DNA from: Gemmatimonadota bacterium
Lineage (GTDB): Bacteria; Gemmatimonadota; Gemmatimonadetes; Palauibacterales; KS3-K002
NCBI GenBank assembly: GCA_020344015.1
Contig: CP070812.1
Span: 2,068,092-2,132,091, forward strand
DNA: 64,000 bases
Direction of reading: 5' to 3'
Positions 8,874 through 18,120 of the stretch are shown here, in pieces. How positions within the stretch are numbered: the stretch's first letter is position 1; every line of letters starts with the position of its first letter. Under the pieces are notes generated by a model. The model did no database searches and was not told the origin of the DNA. It saw only the letters and a list, made by a program, of their open reading frames with translations. Made by a program: the position numbers and the translations under genes.

Positions 8874-9776
8874 ATGATCGATCCTGAGCTGACGGGCAGG
8901 GTCGCTTTGGTCACTGGCGGTAACAACCCCTACGGGATCGGGGCGGCTACTGCGCAGGCGCTAGCCGCTCAGGGCGTAGCAGTGTTCGTCCATTACTTTC
9001 GCCAACGGGCGGCCGCAGCCGGTGAGCCGAAAACCGAGACCGATGACCTGGGCGATCCCGGCCTCGAGTTCTACATGGCGATGCAGGCCAAGACTGCAGA
9101 TGAAGTTGTCCGAGCGATTCGAGATCAGGGTGGGCGGGCGGAGTCTTGGGAAGCGGACCTCGGGGATCCGGCAGTAGTCCCTGAGCTCTTCGATCGGGCG
9201 GAGCAGACGTTTGGGCCGGTGGATATACTGGTAAACAACGCTGCGGACTACGAGGCTGATACGTTTCTGCCTCAGACGGGCCCCGAGGGTGACCGAGCCC
9301 TATGGGTTGGGGGGCCCATCACCTCGGCGGTCACGGCGGAAAGCCACGACCGGCACTTTGCGGTAAACACACGAGCGGCGGCTCTGATGACGGCGGAGTT
9401 CGCCCGCAGGCACATCCAAAGCTCGCGCCGCTGGGGCCGCATCATCAACGTGAGCGCGGACTGTTCAAGGGGCTGTCCCGGCGAGATCTCGTACAGGGCG
9501 AGCAAGTATGCGCTGGAGTCGTACAGTCGCAGCGCCGCGGCGGAACTGGGCCCGTTCGGCATCACGGTGAACGTCGTCTCTCCGGGTCCGATCCAGACGG
9601 GCTACATGGCGCCGGCTCTAGAGCTGGAGCTGGTCGCCGATATCCCGCTGCGAAGGGTAGGTCGGCCGGAGGATGTTGCCGACGCGGTCGTCTTTTTTAC
9701 CTCCCAGCAAGCTGGCTGGGTTACCGGTCAATTGCTGCTCGTTCACGGCGGACACCGTATGTCACTAGGCCTTTAG
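8874..9776 (+). CDS. SDR-family oxidoreductase
   Basis: 'VALVTGGNNPYGIGAATA' Gly-rich NAD(P) motif, 'NNAA' and 'YRASKYALE' catalytic Tyr-x3-Lys. 'GGAAGGAG' RBS before the ATG at 8874. Confidence 0.8.
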   Translation: MIDPELTGRVALVTGGNNPYGIGAATAQALAAQGVAVFVHYFRQRAAAAGEPKTETDDLGDPGLEFYMAMQAKTADEVVRAIRDQGGRAESWEADLGDPAVVPELFDRAEQTFGPVDILVNNAADYEADTFLPQTGPEGDRALWVGGPITSAVTAESHDRHFAVNTRAAALMTAEFARRHIQSSRRWGRIINVSADCSRGCPGEISYRASKYALESYSRSAAAELGPFGITVNVVSPGPIQTGYMAPALELELVADIPLRRVGRPEDVADAVVFFTSQQAGWVTGQLLLVHGGHRMSLGL

Positions 9777-9862
9777 GTCCGATGGTCACCGCGAATGCGG
9801 TCGTCGTTCTGATCCTCAAGCTGTCCGGCCAGGGCGACTCGGATTGACACTGCTGGAACACT

Positions 9863-10312
9863 ATGAACATCCCGCCTGGATTGTCGAGCGTATCGCTGAT
9901 CGTGTTGTACTTACTGCTTACGCTCATCGCGGTCTTCGTCGTCGTCGTTCTTTGGGCTCAGATCGGCTGCATCAGGGGTGTGCCCTTCAAGAATCCAGAC
10001 GGAACCACGGACGATTGGAAAGAGCAGAAGATGTTCTACGGGATCGCCTGGGCCGATGTGGCCGTTGCCTGCCCAGCCGCTCTCGTCGGACTCGCGTTGG
10101 CCTTCACTGCAGCGCGCTGGGGCTTCTACCTATTGGCATTGGTGAGCTTCTGGTTTTTGTGGGCCAACGTCATGACGACGGTGACCAGCCTCCGGTTCGA
10201 GAGGCCGAAGATCACGCTGCACTGGTTCATCGTCTTTCCGCTCGGCGCCCTGGTGGGTCTGAGCTACATCGTCTGGACGTTTTGTCACTTCGAGGCCATT
10301 TATGGCCTGTGA
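9863..10312 (+). CDS. Hypothetical membrane protein
   Basis: Four TM helices. No family recognised. Confidence 0.45.
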   Translation: MNIPPGLSSVSLIVLYLLLTLIAVFVVVVLWAQIGCIRGVPFKNPDGTTDDWKEQKMFYGIAWADVAVACPAALVGLALAFTAARWGFYLLALVSFWFLWANVMTTVTSLRFERPKITLHWFIVFPLGALVGLSYIVWTFCHFEAIYGL

Positions 10313-10354
10313 ACCCGCTGGCCGCCCGGCGAGCGACGGATGGAGGTGAGTGAG

Positions 10355-10774
10355 ATGGCTCTGAGCGCGTTTGGCGATAAGTCGAGGACGCCACGGCCCA
10401 CGGAGCTGAAGAAGACGCTCGGTCGGACGAGCGACCTGTGGGATAAGCTGAAGGACCACCTCGAATCACAGTATCAGCCGCTATCCGAGAAGTGGAGTTT
10501 CGCCGGACAGAAGTGGGGGTGGTCGCTGCAGCTGAAGCAGAAAAAGCGGACCATCTTATATATGACCCCACGCGAAGGGTTTTTCTCGACGGGTTTTGTA
10601 CTGGGAGAGAGAGCGGTGAAAGCCGCGCACGCGAGCGATTTGTCGGACTCGGTATTGGCCATGATCGACAGCGCGAAGAAGTACGTCGAGGGGAGGGGCG
10701 TTCGTATCGAGGTCAGGACCAAGAAGGACCTCGACACAACAAAGAAACTCGCCGCTATCAAGATGGCGAAGTAG
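10355..10774 (+). CDS. DUF3788-like hypothetical protein
   Basis: 'GGAGGTGAG' RBS before the ATG at 10355. Basic 139-aa protein. Confidence 0.45.
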   Translation: MALSAFGDKSRTPRPTELKKTLGRTSDLWDKLKDHLESQYQPLSEKWSFAGQKWGWSLQLKQKKRTILYMTPREGFFSTGFVLGERAVKAAHASDLSDSVLAMIDSAKKYVEGRGVRIEVRTKKDLDTTKKLAAIKMAK

Positions 10775-10798
10775 GTACTTTGAAGGGGAGGGACACTC

Positions 10799-11152
10799 AT
10801 GAGCCAGGCGGAACAGGACCGTCGTGTCGACTATATCGAGTTTGGGGTCACGGATATCGGCAAGGCTAAGAGATTCTACTCTGAAATCTTCGGCTGGGAG
10901 TTCACCGATTACGGTCCGGATTACACGAGCTTCCATGATGGCAGACTTGCCGGCGGTTTTCGCGCAGCACCGGAAGTCACACCAGGCGGCCCACTGGTCG
11001 TACTCTACGCCACGAACCTGGAAGACATCGAAGCGAGAATCAAAGAATCCGGAGGCCGGATCGTTCAGGAGACGTTCGAGTTTCCGGGCGGCCGGCGCTT
11101 TCACTTCACCGACCCGAGCGGAAATGAGCTGGCGGTCTGGTCGGATCGTTGA
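10799..11152 (+). CDS. VOC-family (glyoxalase) protein
   Basis: 'VDYIEFGVTDIGKAKRFYSEIFGWEF' VOC N-terminal motif. 117 aa. Confidence 0.75.
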   Translation: MSQAEQDRRVDYIEFGVTDIGKAKRFYSEIFGWEFTDYGPDYTSFHDGRLAGGFRAAPEVTPGGPLVVLYATNLEDIEARIKESGGRIVQETFEFPGGRRFHFTDPSGNELAVWSDR

Positions 11153-12051
11153 GTCAGAAGATTGAACGGGTGCGGTTTACCATGAACTGGGAGGGAGCGT
11201 TACCGGTTCTCGTCGCGCTGGCGGTTGGCATCTCGCCGCAGGCGCGTGCTCAGGAAAGTACTGCCGTAGTCGGGCCGGTCGAGCATGTCTACGCGTCGCC
11301 CGGAGGTCTGGACCTGAAGGCCTACGTGTTCGCGCCCGCAAACGAGGACGGTAGGGCGCCGCGGTCCGCTATAGTAGTCTTTCACGGTGGCGGTTGGCAC
11401 ATCGGGTCCGCGGAGTGGGCCTTCGGGAGGGCGACGCACTTTGCCGAACTTGGCATGGTCGCCATCGCTGCTCAGTACCGTCTGTCGGACCAGAAGTCGA
11501 TCACGCCGCTGGAGGCGATGGCCGATGCGCGGGCGGTGATTCGCTGGGTACGCTCGAACGCCGACCGCTTAGGGATCGCATCGGATCGTATCGCCGCCTA
11601 CGGCTGGTCGGCTGGCGCACACTTGGCGGCCTGTGCCGCGATCTTCGAGGACTCTCTCCCCAACGTGACCGTCAGCAACGCACCCAATGCGTTGGTCTTC
11701 GTCTCGCCGGCCGTTTCACTGGAGGGAGACAGCTGGCCCCAGCGACTTCTGGGCGAACGGGCGAGCGTCGATGAGATCTCGCCGGACATGCACGTTCGCG
11801 AGGGGTTGCCGCCCACGATCATCCTTCAAGGGCGCACGGACACGGTGACACCGCTGGCGGGCGTACAGCGTTTCTGCGACCGGATGCGCGAGGCAGGCAA
11901 TCGTTGTGACCTTCATGTCTATGACGGAGTCGGCCACCTGTTTACCCCGTCGACTGAGCCGGACGACGGATTGCCGAATCCAGATCCGGAAGTGCAGGCG
12001 GAGGCATACCAGAGGGCGGACGAGTTCTTGCGGTCGCTCGGATTCTTGTGA
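11149..12051 (+). CDS. Alpha/beta hydrolase (esterase/lipase, HGGG type) with signal peptide
   Basis: 'VVFHGGGWHIGS' oxyanion motif, 'GWSAGAHLA' nucleophile elbow, and a C-terminal 'DGVGHLF' His. Confidence 0.75.
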   Translation: MSQKIERVRFTMNWEGALPVLVALAVGISPQARAQESTAVVGPVEHVYASPGGLDLKAYVFAPANEDGRAPRSAIVVFHGGGWHIGSAEWAFGRATHFAELGMVAIAAQYRLSDQKSITPLEAMADARAVIRWVRSNADRLGIASDRIAAYGWSAGAHLAACAAIFEDSLPNVTVSNAPNALVFVSPAVSLEGDSWPQRLLGERASVDEISPDMHVREGLPPTIILQGRTDTVTPLAGVQRFCDRMREAGNRCDLHVYDGVGHLFTPSTEPDDGLPNPDPEVQAEAYQRADEFLRSLGFL

Positions 12052-12132
12052 GCGGTCTGTCTCGCGTCGGACTGAGAACGTCTCTATGGGGCTCCCGATC
12101 TAGTTCCAAGACGTCCGAGAGGAGGAAGGATC

Positions 12133-12302
12133 GTGACGTTGATAAGGCTCGGAAACTCGGATCTGGAGATCACGCCGATCGGGTTGGGCGTGCCGACCAG
12201 GTGGATGGGTTCGTCGGTGCCAATGACTTTCGGTTGAGCGAGAGTGAGATCGCTGAGATCGAGGCCAGTCTACCGGAATCGATCGACCTGGTGAGCCTCG
12301 AC
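12133..12302 (+). pseudogene. Aldo/keto reductase remnant (N-terminal ~30 codons joined out of frame to C-terminal ~25 codons)
   Basis: Frame 1 reads 'VTLIRLGNSDLEITPIGLGVPTRWMG', the AKR N-terminal signature. Frame 0 reads '…FRLSESEIAEIEASLPES', the AKR C-terminal tail. The roughly 250 codons in between are missing. Confidence 0.5.
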
Positions 12303-12338
12303 TGAGAGCCCGTGAACTGAAGCTACCGGGGGTGAAGC

Positions 12339-12821
12339 GTGCACAGGCCATCACGCGTAGTTGTGACCGCCCTAGCTCTTGTGATGTTCGGCATTTCGTG
12401 CGGCGACCCGAATCAGCGGCCGCGGTCCGATATCACTCACTTGAGCTCACCGGAAATGGCGGCGCTGAACCTGCCGTTCTCGGAGGCGGTTCGCGTCGGG
12501 GAAATGCTTTACCTCTCCGGTCAGATCGGGGTCCTTCCCGGCACGACGGAGCTGGTGCCTGGTGGCATCACGGAGGAGACGAGACAGACCCTTGAGAACG
12601 TACGCGCGGTACTCGAGCGCCACGGCTCGGGCCTGGATAGGGTCGTGAAATGCACGATCTTCCTGGCCGACATCGGCGAGTGGCCGAGAATGAACGAGGT
12701 GTACGTCACGTTCTTCGGTGACAAGAAGCCGGCCCGTAGTGCAGTGGCCGGCAGTGGGCTCGCCCTCGGTGCCCGAGTCGAGATCGATTGTATTGCAGTG
12801 ATAGTTGAAAGCGAGAGTTGA
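12339..12821 (+). CDS. RidA/YjgF-family (reactive intermediate deaminase) lipoprotein
   Basis: Lipobox 'ISCGD'. 'LYLSGQIG…TRQTLENVRAVLE…VVKCTIFLADI…PARSAV' are RidA motifs. Confidence 0.75.
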   Translation: MHRPSRVVVTALALVMFGISCGDPNQRPRSDITHLSSPEMAALNLPFSEAVRVGEMLYLSGQIGVLPGTTELVPGGITEETRQTLENVRAVLERHGSGLDRVVKCTIFLADIGEWPRMNEVYVTFFGDKKPARSAVAGSGLALGARVEIDCIAVIVESES

Positions 12822-12858
12822 TGCGCAAGCCGGTCCTCCGGATCCGGAGAATCCAGTC

Positions 12859-13470
12859 ATGACTAAGAAATCAGATCGAGTGGTGGCCCCGCCAACCAGA
12901 GGCATACGGATTCGCTGGCCGCGGTGGTATGACGCCGTAAACCGAATCCACTTCCTCGGTCGGGAGGATCGGTTCCGGGAATGGACCGTTGATCTCGCCG
13001 AAATCAAACCTGGTCAGGCCGTACTCGATGTTGGCTGCGGGACGGGCAACCTCACGATGGCCGCGAAGGTCCGTGCCGGAGCGGACGGCGAGGTCCATGG
13101 AATCGACGCCGCACCGGAGATGATCCTGGAGGCAGAGCGGAAGGCGGCCGAGAAAGGGCTGGATATCCAATACCAGGTTGGCCTGATCGAGAATATTCCG
13201 CTCCCGGATGGCAGATTCGACGTCGTGCTCAGCAGCCTGATGCTCCATCACCTTCCCAGGGACCTCAAGCGGCGCGGGGTAGCCGAGATCGCGCGGGTCT
13301 TGAAGCCCGGTGGGCGATTCGTGGCGGTGGACATAGACCCGGCACTGATGGGCAACCTACGGACTGTCGCCGAAGCAATGGAGGCCAAAGGCTTCAAGGA
13401 AATGAGACGCGGGAAGACGGGATTCAGGACGATGTTCATCCCGATGCATTACTTGAGCGGGACGCACTAA
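12859..13470 (+). CDS. Class I SAM-dependent methyltransferase (Methyltransf_11/UbiE-like)
   Basis: 'VLDVGCGTGNLT' motif I, 'FDVVLSSLMLHHL' and 'LKPGGRFVAVD'. Confidence 0.8.
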   Translation: MTKKSDRVVAPPTRGIRIRWPRWYDAVNRIHFLGREDRFREWTVDLAEIKPGQAVLDVGCGTGNLTMAAKVRAGADGEVHGIDAAPEMILEAERKAAEKGLDIQYQVGLIENIPLPDGRFDVVLSSLMLHHLPRDLKRRGVAEIARVLKPGGRFVAVDIDPALMGNLRTVAEAMEAKGFKEMRRGKTGFRTMFIPMHYLSGTH

Positions 13471-13509
13471 TCCCTGATGCGGATGGGTTTCGAGCTCTAG
13501 GAGGAGGAA

Positions 13510-13896
13510 ATGGCTGAGTCAGTCTCAGGTATCGTCTCGGTGTTCATCTTGGTAGTAGGCCTTTCGTATCTGATTCAGGCCGACGAATGGGTTCGATGGA
13601 TAGAGGAGACAACTAGTAACCCACAGCGGCTCATGACGCTGGGTCTGCTGTTGCTGGTCATGGGGCTGGCCTTGGTCAGCGCTCACAACCTCTGGGTTGC
13701 AGACTGGCGGGTGGTCATCACGGTCTTCAGTTGGGGGGCCGCGGTGAAGGGCGCTCTCTTGCTTCTGTTTCCCCAGCTGGGGAGGAAGTTCCACCGCTGG
13801 TCCGAGAGCTTCCTTCGGCGCTATATGAGAGTGGCTGGAGGGTTGTGGGCCGTCCTGGGCGCGTGGCTGTGCTACGAGGTATGGTTCGCCGCATAA
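13510..13896 (+). CDS. Hypothetical membrane protein
   Basis: 'AGGAGGA' RBS. Four hydrophobic helices. Confidence 0.45.
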   Translation: MAESVSGIVSVFILVVGLSYLIQADEWVRWIEETTSNPQRLMTLGLLLLVMGLALVSAHNLWVADWRVVITVFSWGAAVKGALLLLFPQLGRKFHRWSESFLRRYMRVAGGLWAVLGAWLCYEVWFAA

Positions 13897-13927
13897 GCAG
13901 AGCGGTCGGCTCGAGGAGGGTAGCTGG

Positions 13928-14230
13928 ATGAAGTTTCAATCAGAAGGTCGAGAGCTACAGAAGATCCCTGGTGTGGGGCCGAGTCTCGCTAGCGATCTGC
14001 ACGACCTGGGTGTCCGGCGTGTGGATGACCTGCGTGGAGCCGATCCCGAGGACCTGTATCGCAGGCTGTGTGCGATTCGTGATGCGCCAGTCGATCGATG
14101 CGTTCTCTACGTCTTTCGATGTGCCGTGTACTATGCGGGTCATCGCGAGCACGATGCGGAGCTCCTCAAGTGGTGGAACTGGAAAGACCTCGCGGACGAT
14201 GATAGGCAAGCACCGGGAACATGTAGCTGA
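13928..14230 (+). CDS. Helix-hairpin-helix protein (Cdd1/'pathogenicity locus' PF11731-like)
   Basis: 'LQKIPGVGPSLASDLHDLGVRRVDDL…DLYRRLC' HhH pattern in a 100-aa protein. Overlaps the start of the next gene by 32 nt. Confidence 0.55.
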   Translation: MKFQSEGRELQKIPGVGPSLASDLHDLGVRRVDDLRGADPEDLYRRLCAIRDAPVDRCVLYVFRCAVYYAGHREHDAELLKWWNWKDLADDDRQAPGTCS

Positions 14231-14828
14231 GACCATCGAGCACATAGCCGCGCGATGGGCAGAGCCGGATCTGAGACTGCTCAGGCAGGTTTTTCCCCTC
14301 CTTGCAGTAGGCCAGCCGGTTGCTGTGGATCGCATCGCGCAAGTCACTGGATCGGACCCTCATGAGGTGGAACGAGCGCTGCTGCTTGGGCGGACTGGGC
14401 GAGACGAAGAGGGACGCGTGACAGAACTGTTTGGCGTCATGCTGGCTCCGACGGTGCACCGGGTGGAAGTCGACGAAGCAGCGTTATTCTGCTGCTGTGC
14501 GTTGACAGCGCATCTCGTGCCGATCCTGACGCGGGAAACAGCAAAGGTGGAATCCGTCGACCCGGTCAGCCGCAGACTTGTGAGGTTGACAATTAGCCCG
14601 AGCGGTGTTCGATCGGTGGAACCTGAAACCGCGGTGGGCACGCTGATCAGGACAGATCGCGAGGGTGTACTGGGAGATGTCGGAGCCAATTTCTGCGGTC
14701 ACGTGCAACATTTCGCGTCCTCCGAGTCCGCTGCAGAGTTCGTCGCCCGCGTTCCGGGTCGTTATGTACTGGCGATGGATGAGTATCACGAATCGGCCCG
14801 GGGGCTCTACAGCGCGATCTGGTCGTAA
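14199..14828 (+). CDS. merB: Organomercurial (alkylmercury) lyase MerB-like
   Basis: 209 aa. 'ALFCCCALTAHLVPIL' corresponds to the MerB 'YAWCALDTLIFPAL' Cys96 region. 'NFCGHVQHFASSESAAEFV' corresponds to 'SFCCHVHFFASVPTAEDW' (Cys159, Asp). Length matches MerB. Confidence 0.65.
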   Translation: MIGKHREHVAETIEHIAARWAEPDLRLLRQVFPLLAVGQPVAVDRIAQVTGSDPHEVERALLLGRTGRDEEGRVTELFGVMLAPTVHRVEVDEAALFCCCALTAHLVPILTRETAKVESVDPVSRRLVRLTISPSGVRSVEPETAVGTLIRTDREGVLGDVGANFCGHVQHFASSESAAEFVARVPGRYVLAMDEYHESARGLYSAIWS

Positions 14829-14888
14829 TTATGCAAGCACTGCAGTCCTAACGACGCACTCGTTGTGGTCCAAGAAGGAAGGCCCTCA

Positions 14889-16049
14889 ATGCTAAGGCAC
14901 ATCTGTCCTCTGTTCTTGGCGTTTCTTGTCGTGGCCGTGAACGGCGCGAGCGCTCAATCGGTGCGGGCTCGGGATCTCGGAATTCCGTTCGACGGAGAGC
15001 CGGGCCCCCTGAACGCGATCACCGACGTGGCGGGCGTGGAAGTGGGACACGTGACGCTGGTCGAAGGGGAAGGCGCTTTGCAGGTGGGACGGGGGCCGAT
15101 TCGAACCGGGGTCACCGCCATACTGCCGCGTGGGAGTGAGGTCACACCGGTTTTCGCGGGTTGGTATTCGTTGAATGGTAACGGGGAGATGACGGGCACG
15201 ACCTGGGTGGAGGAATCGGGTTTCCTGGAGGGCCCTGTCATGATCACCAACACACACAGCGTGGGAGTGGTTCACGACGCGGTGATCGAGTGGATGCGGG
15301 ATCGCCGGGCCTACGACCGGCTCGGCCGCAGGGTCTGGTGGTCTCTGCCGGTCGTCGCCGAGACCTGGGACGGAACGCTGAACGACATCAACGGGTTCCA
15401 CGTTAGGAAAGAGCATGCCTTTCAAGCGCTGGAGGGGGCCACGGCGGGTCCTGTGCCGGAAGGAAACGTGGGTGGGGGCACCGGAATGATCTGCCACCGG
15501 TTCAAGGGAGGGATCGGGACGTCCTCGCGACGTATCGGCTCTCACACGGTTGGTGTATTGGTGCAGTGCAACTACGGAGGGCGGCGCGGCCTGAGGATCG
15601 CCGGGGTGCCGGTAGGGACGGAGATCACCGACCTCATGCCGGAGTATGGTGGAGCGGGCGACGCCGGAGATGCCGGCTCGATCATCGTCGTGGTGGCTAC
15701 GGATGCTCCGCTGCTGCCGCATCAACTTAAGCGGCTGGCGCGCCGGGTACCCATGGGCATAGGGCGGGTGGGCGGAATCGCGAGCAACGGGTCGGGCGAC
15801 ATCTTTGTCACGTTCTCGACGGCCAACGAAGGGGGGTGGCACGATAGCGAGGTGACGACGGTCGAGATGTACCCGAACTCGAGGATGACGCCGTTCTTCG
15901 AGGCGACGGTCGCGGCGGTAGAAGAGGCTATCGTCAACGCCATGGTCACCGCGCGAACGATGAAGGGGATCAACGGCAACCGCGTCCACGCGATCCCCCA
16001 CGAGCGGCTGCAGACGATTCTCGAGCGATACGGCCGGCTGGAGAGATAG
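14889..16049 (+). CDS. P1/S58-family peptidase (DmpA/L-aminopeptidase-D-Ala-esterase-like), secreted
   Basis: 'GAAGGAAGG' RBS before the ATG at 14889. Signal peptide. 'GVTAILP…NGNGEMTGT…GTGMICHRFKGGIGTSSR' is the DmpA/ArgJ-like autoproteolytic fold. Confidence 0.75.
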   Translation: MLRHICPLFLAFLVVAVNGASAQSVRARDLGIPFDGEPGPLNAITDVAGVEVGHVTLVEGEGALQVGRGPIRTGVTAILPRGSEVTPVFAGWYSLNGNGEMTGTTWVEESGFLEGPVMITNTHSVGVVHDAVIEWMRDRRAYDRLGRRVWWSLPVVAETWDGTLNDINGFHVRKEHAFQALEGATAGPVPEGNVGGGTGMICHRFKGGIGTSSRRIGSHTVGVLVQCNYGGRRGLRIAGVPVGTEITDLMPEYGGAGDAGDAGSIIVVVATDAPLLPHQLKRLARRVPMGIGRVGGIASNGSGDIFVTFSTANEGGWHDSEVTTVEMYPNSRMTPFFEATVAAVEEAIVNAMVTARTMKGINGNRVHAIPHERLQTILERYGRLER

Positions 16050-16091
16050 CGCGTGGCGGCGTAACGATCTATGACAGGAGGCAGAGCAGCC

Positions 16092-16529
16092 ATGACGTTT
16101 GACGACCTACGTAGAACTTCGGATAATAGAACAGCAGGCTTAGTCCGATTGTTTCTTGCGTTGCTCTTCTTGATGACCGGTGTCATGAAGCTCGCGGTGC
16201 CTATGCTGGCCGACGCCTTCTCCGGTCAGCTGCTGGCAGCAGGACTTCCGCTCTATGAACCCAGTCTCTGGATCGTGCCGATTCTCGAGATGCTCCTCGG
16301 GTTCGTTCTCGCCGTCGGTCTACTCGTACGGCCTGCGGCCGTGGCTGTCGTGGGTCTAATGTGCGTCGCAACGTACGTTCACCTGGTCGTTGACGATCCA
16401 TCGCTTTTTCCACTGCAACCGAGTGAGCCGATCATACCGCTCGTCGTGATCGTGATGAGTGGGTACCTGCTGTGGCGAGGGAGCGGGGCCTGGAGCCTCG
16501 ATCTGAGGGCTACGGATCGCGCTTACTAG
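16092..16529 (+). CDS. DoxX-family membrane protein
   Basis: 'RLFLALLFLMTGVMKL' DoxX N-terminal helix. Four TM segments. 'GGAGG' RBS before the ATG at 16092. Confidence 0.6.
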   Translation: MTFDDLRRTSDNRTAGLVRLFLALLFLMTGVMKLAVPMLADAFSGQLLAAGLPLYEPSLWIVPILEMLLGFVLAVGLLVRPAAVAVVGLMCVATYVHLVVDDPSLFPLQPSEPIIPLVVIVMSGYLLWRGSGAWSLDLRATDRAY

Positions 16530-16655
16530 CTGGCTTTTGCGGCTATGGCGCGTCTGGAACGCACCGCGCATCTTAGCCGGGTCCTCGATAAGCGAAGCCT
16601 CTCCACCCGGGCGTGTGCCGCGTCCGGGGGCTAACGATTTTGGAGGGAGCCAGAA

Positions 16656-17153
16656 ATGCACGAGCAGAGCATCGTCCTACTGAACCGGGCGGTCGCCGAG
16701 GAAATGTCGGCCGTTCACCAGTATATGTATTTCCATTTTCACTGCGACGATCAGGGTTATGACCTGCTGGCTGGCCTGTTCAAGCGGACTGCGATCGAGG
16801 AGATGATACACATCGAGCGGGCGGCTGAACGGATTCTCTTCCTCAAAGGCGAGGTGAAACTAGAGGCGTCAGAGGCGGTTCAGGAAATCCACGAGGTCCG
16901 TAAGATGCTGGAGCGTGCCGCCGCGATGGAAGAACAGAGCGCGAAATCGTACAACGAGTGGGCCAACGAATCCGGGGCGAACGCCGATTCGGCGACCAAG
17001 CGCCTGTTCGAGGATCTCGTCGCCGATGAGGAGAGGCATCACGATCAGTACACGACGGAGATGGAGAATATCGAAAAGTTCGGCGAGGGTTACTTGGCTC
17101 TGCAGTCCATCGAGCGCAGCAAGGGTTTGTCGGCGGGAACGGGAGCAGAGTAG
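16656..17153 (+). CDS. Bacterioferritin/ferritin-like di-iron protein
   Basis: 'GGAGGGAG' RBS. 'LLNRAVAEEMSAVHQYMYFHFH…EEMIHIERAAERI…EERHHDQ' ferritin-like E/H ligand pattern. Confidence 0.65.
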   Translation: MHEQSIVLLNRAVAEEMSAVHQYMYFHFHCDDQGYDLLAGLFKRTAIEEMIHIERAAERILFLKGEVKLEASEAVQEIHEVRKMLERAAAMEEQSAKSYNEWANESGANADSATKRLFEDLVADEERHHDQYTTEMENIEKFGEGYLALQSIERSKGLSAGTGAE

Positions 17154-17185
17154 AACCCGGCTCGAACTGAACGGCACAGTATACG

Positions 17186-18088
17186 ATGAGCCGTTACCGA
17201 CTCTATCAGGTCGACTCGTTTACGACCGAGAGGTTCCAGGGTAATCCCGCGGGAGTCGTACCGAACGCCGAGGGGCTTACCGGGATCCAGATGCAGGCGA
17301 TCGCCCGTGAGCTCAACAACTCAGAGACGGCGTTCATTCACCCACCCGACGGACCCGATCATGATGTAGTAGTACGATTCTTCACGCCAACGACCGAAGT
17401 GCCTTCCTGCGGGCACGCGACGATCGCTGCCCACTACGTGCGGGCGGTCGAGAAGGGCCTGCCCTCGTGTACCGTAGTGCAGAAGATCGGAGCGGGCATC
17501 CTGCCGGTAGAGGTTGTTCGCGATGGCTCGGGCTACCGGATCGTGATGACGCAGGGGGCTATCGAGTTCGGCGAGCCGTTCGACTCCGAGCTGGTGGTTG
17601 AGATCGCCCAGGCGCTGGGCCTGGCTGCCGGCTCGCTGGACGATCGATGTCCTGTCCAGATCGTCTCGACCGGCCATTCCAAGGTCCTAGTGGGGATCGA
17701 TTCGCGGGATACGCTCAACTCGCTCGCACCCGATCTGGCCCGACTGTCCGAGCTCAGCGGCCGCATCGGCTGTAACGGCTACTTCGTGTTCGCGCTGACC
17801 GCGGACGCTTCCGAGATCCGTGCCCACGGGCGCATGTTCGCCCCGGCGATCGGGATTCCCGAGGATCCGGTGACCGGGAACGCGAATGGGCCGCTGGGTG
17901 CGTATCTGGTAAAGCACGGCCTGGCGGTTGCCGAGGGCGGGACGTTGACGTTTCGTGCCCGGCAGGGTGAAGCGCTCGGCCGCCCGGGGGTCGTGGAGGT
18001 CATCGTGGAAGCCGAGGGGACGAGTCCTAAACTGGTCCGTGTGGCGGGCCGTGCGATTATCGCCTTTCAGTCGGAACTGGAACTGTAG
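17186..18088 (+). CDS. PhzF-family isomerase
   Basis: 'YQVDSFTTERFQGNPAGVV…SETAFI' PhzF N-terminal motif. Two-domain DapF-like fold, 300 aa. Confidence 0.8.
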   Translation: MSRYRLYQVDSFTTERFQGNPAGVVPNAEGLTGIQMQAIARELNNSETAFIHPPDGPDHDVVVRFFTPTTEVPSCGHATIAAHYVRAVEKGLPSCTVVQKIGAGILPVEVVRDGSGYRIVMTQGAIEFGEPFDSELVVEIAQALGLAAGSLDDRCPVQIVSTGHSKVLVGIDSRDTLNSLAPDLARLSELSGRIGCNGYFVFALTADASEIRAHGRMFAPAIGIPEDPVTGNANGPLGAYLVKHGLAVAEGGTLTFRARQGEALGRPGVVEVIVEAEGTSPKLVRVAGRAIIAFQSELEL

Positions 18089-18120
18089 TGCCCTAGGAGT
18101 GCTGCGGAGATGATGCTGTC

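Noticed and set aside
14892-16001. 369-aa ORF on the - strand
   Set aside because: Antisense to the strongly supported DmpA/S58 peptidase gene. The Arg/Pro/His-rich composition has no family resemblance.
13928-16049. A mer operon around the MerB-like gene
   Set aside because: Neighbours were scanned for merR (MerR HTH), merT/merP (metal-binding GMTCxxC) and merA (FAD-disulfide oxidoreductase motifs). None are present, so the MerB-like gene is reported as an orphan.
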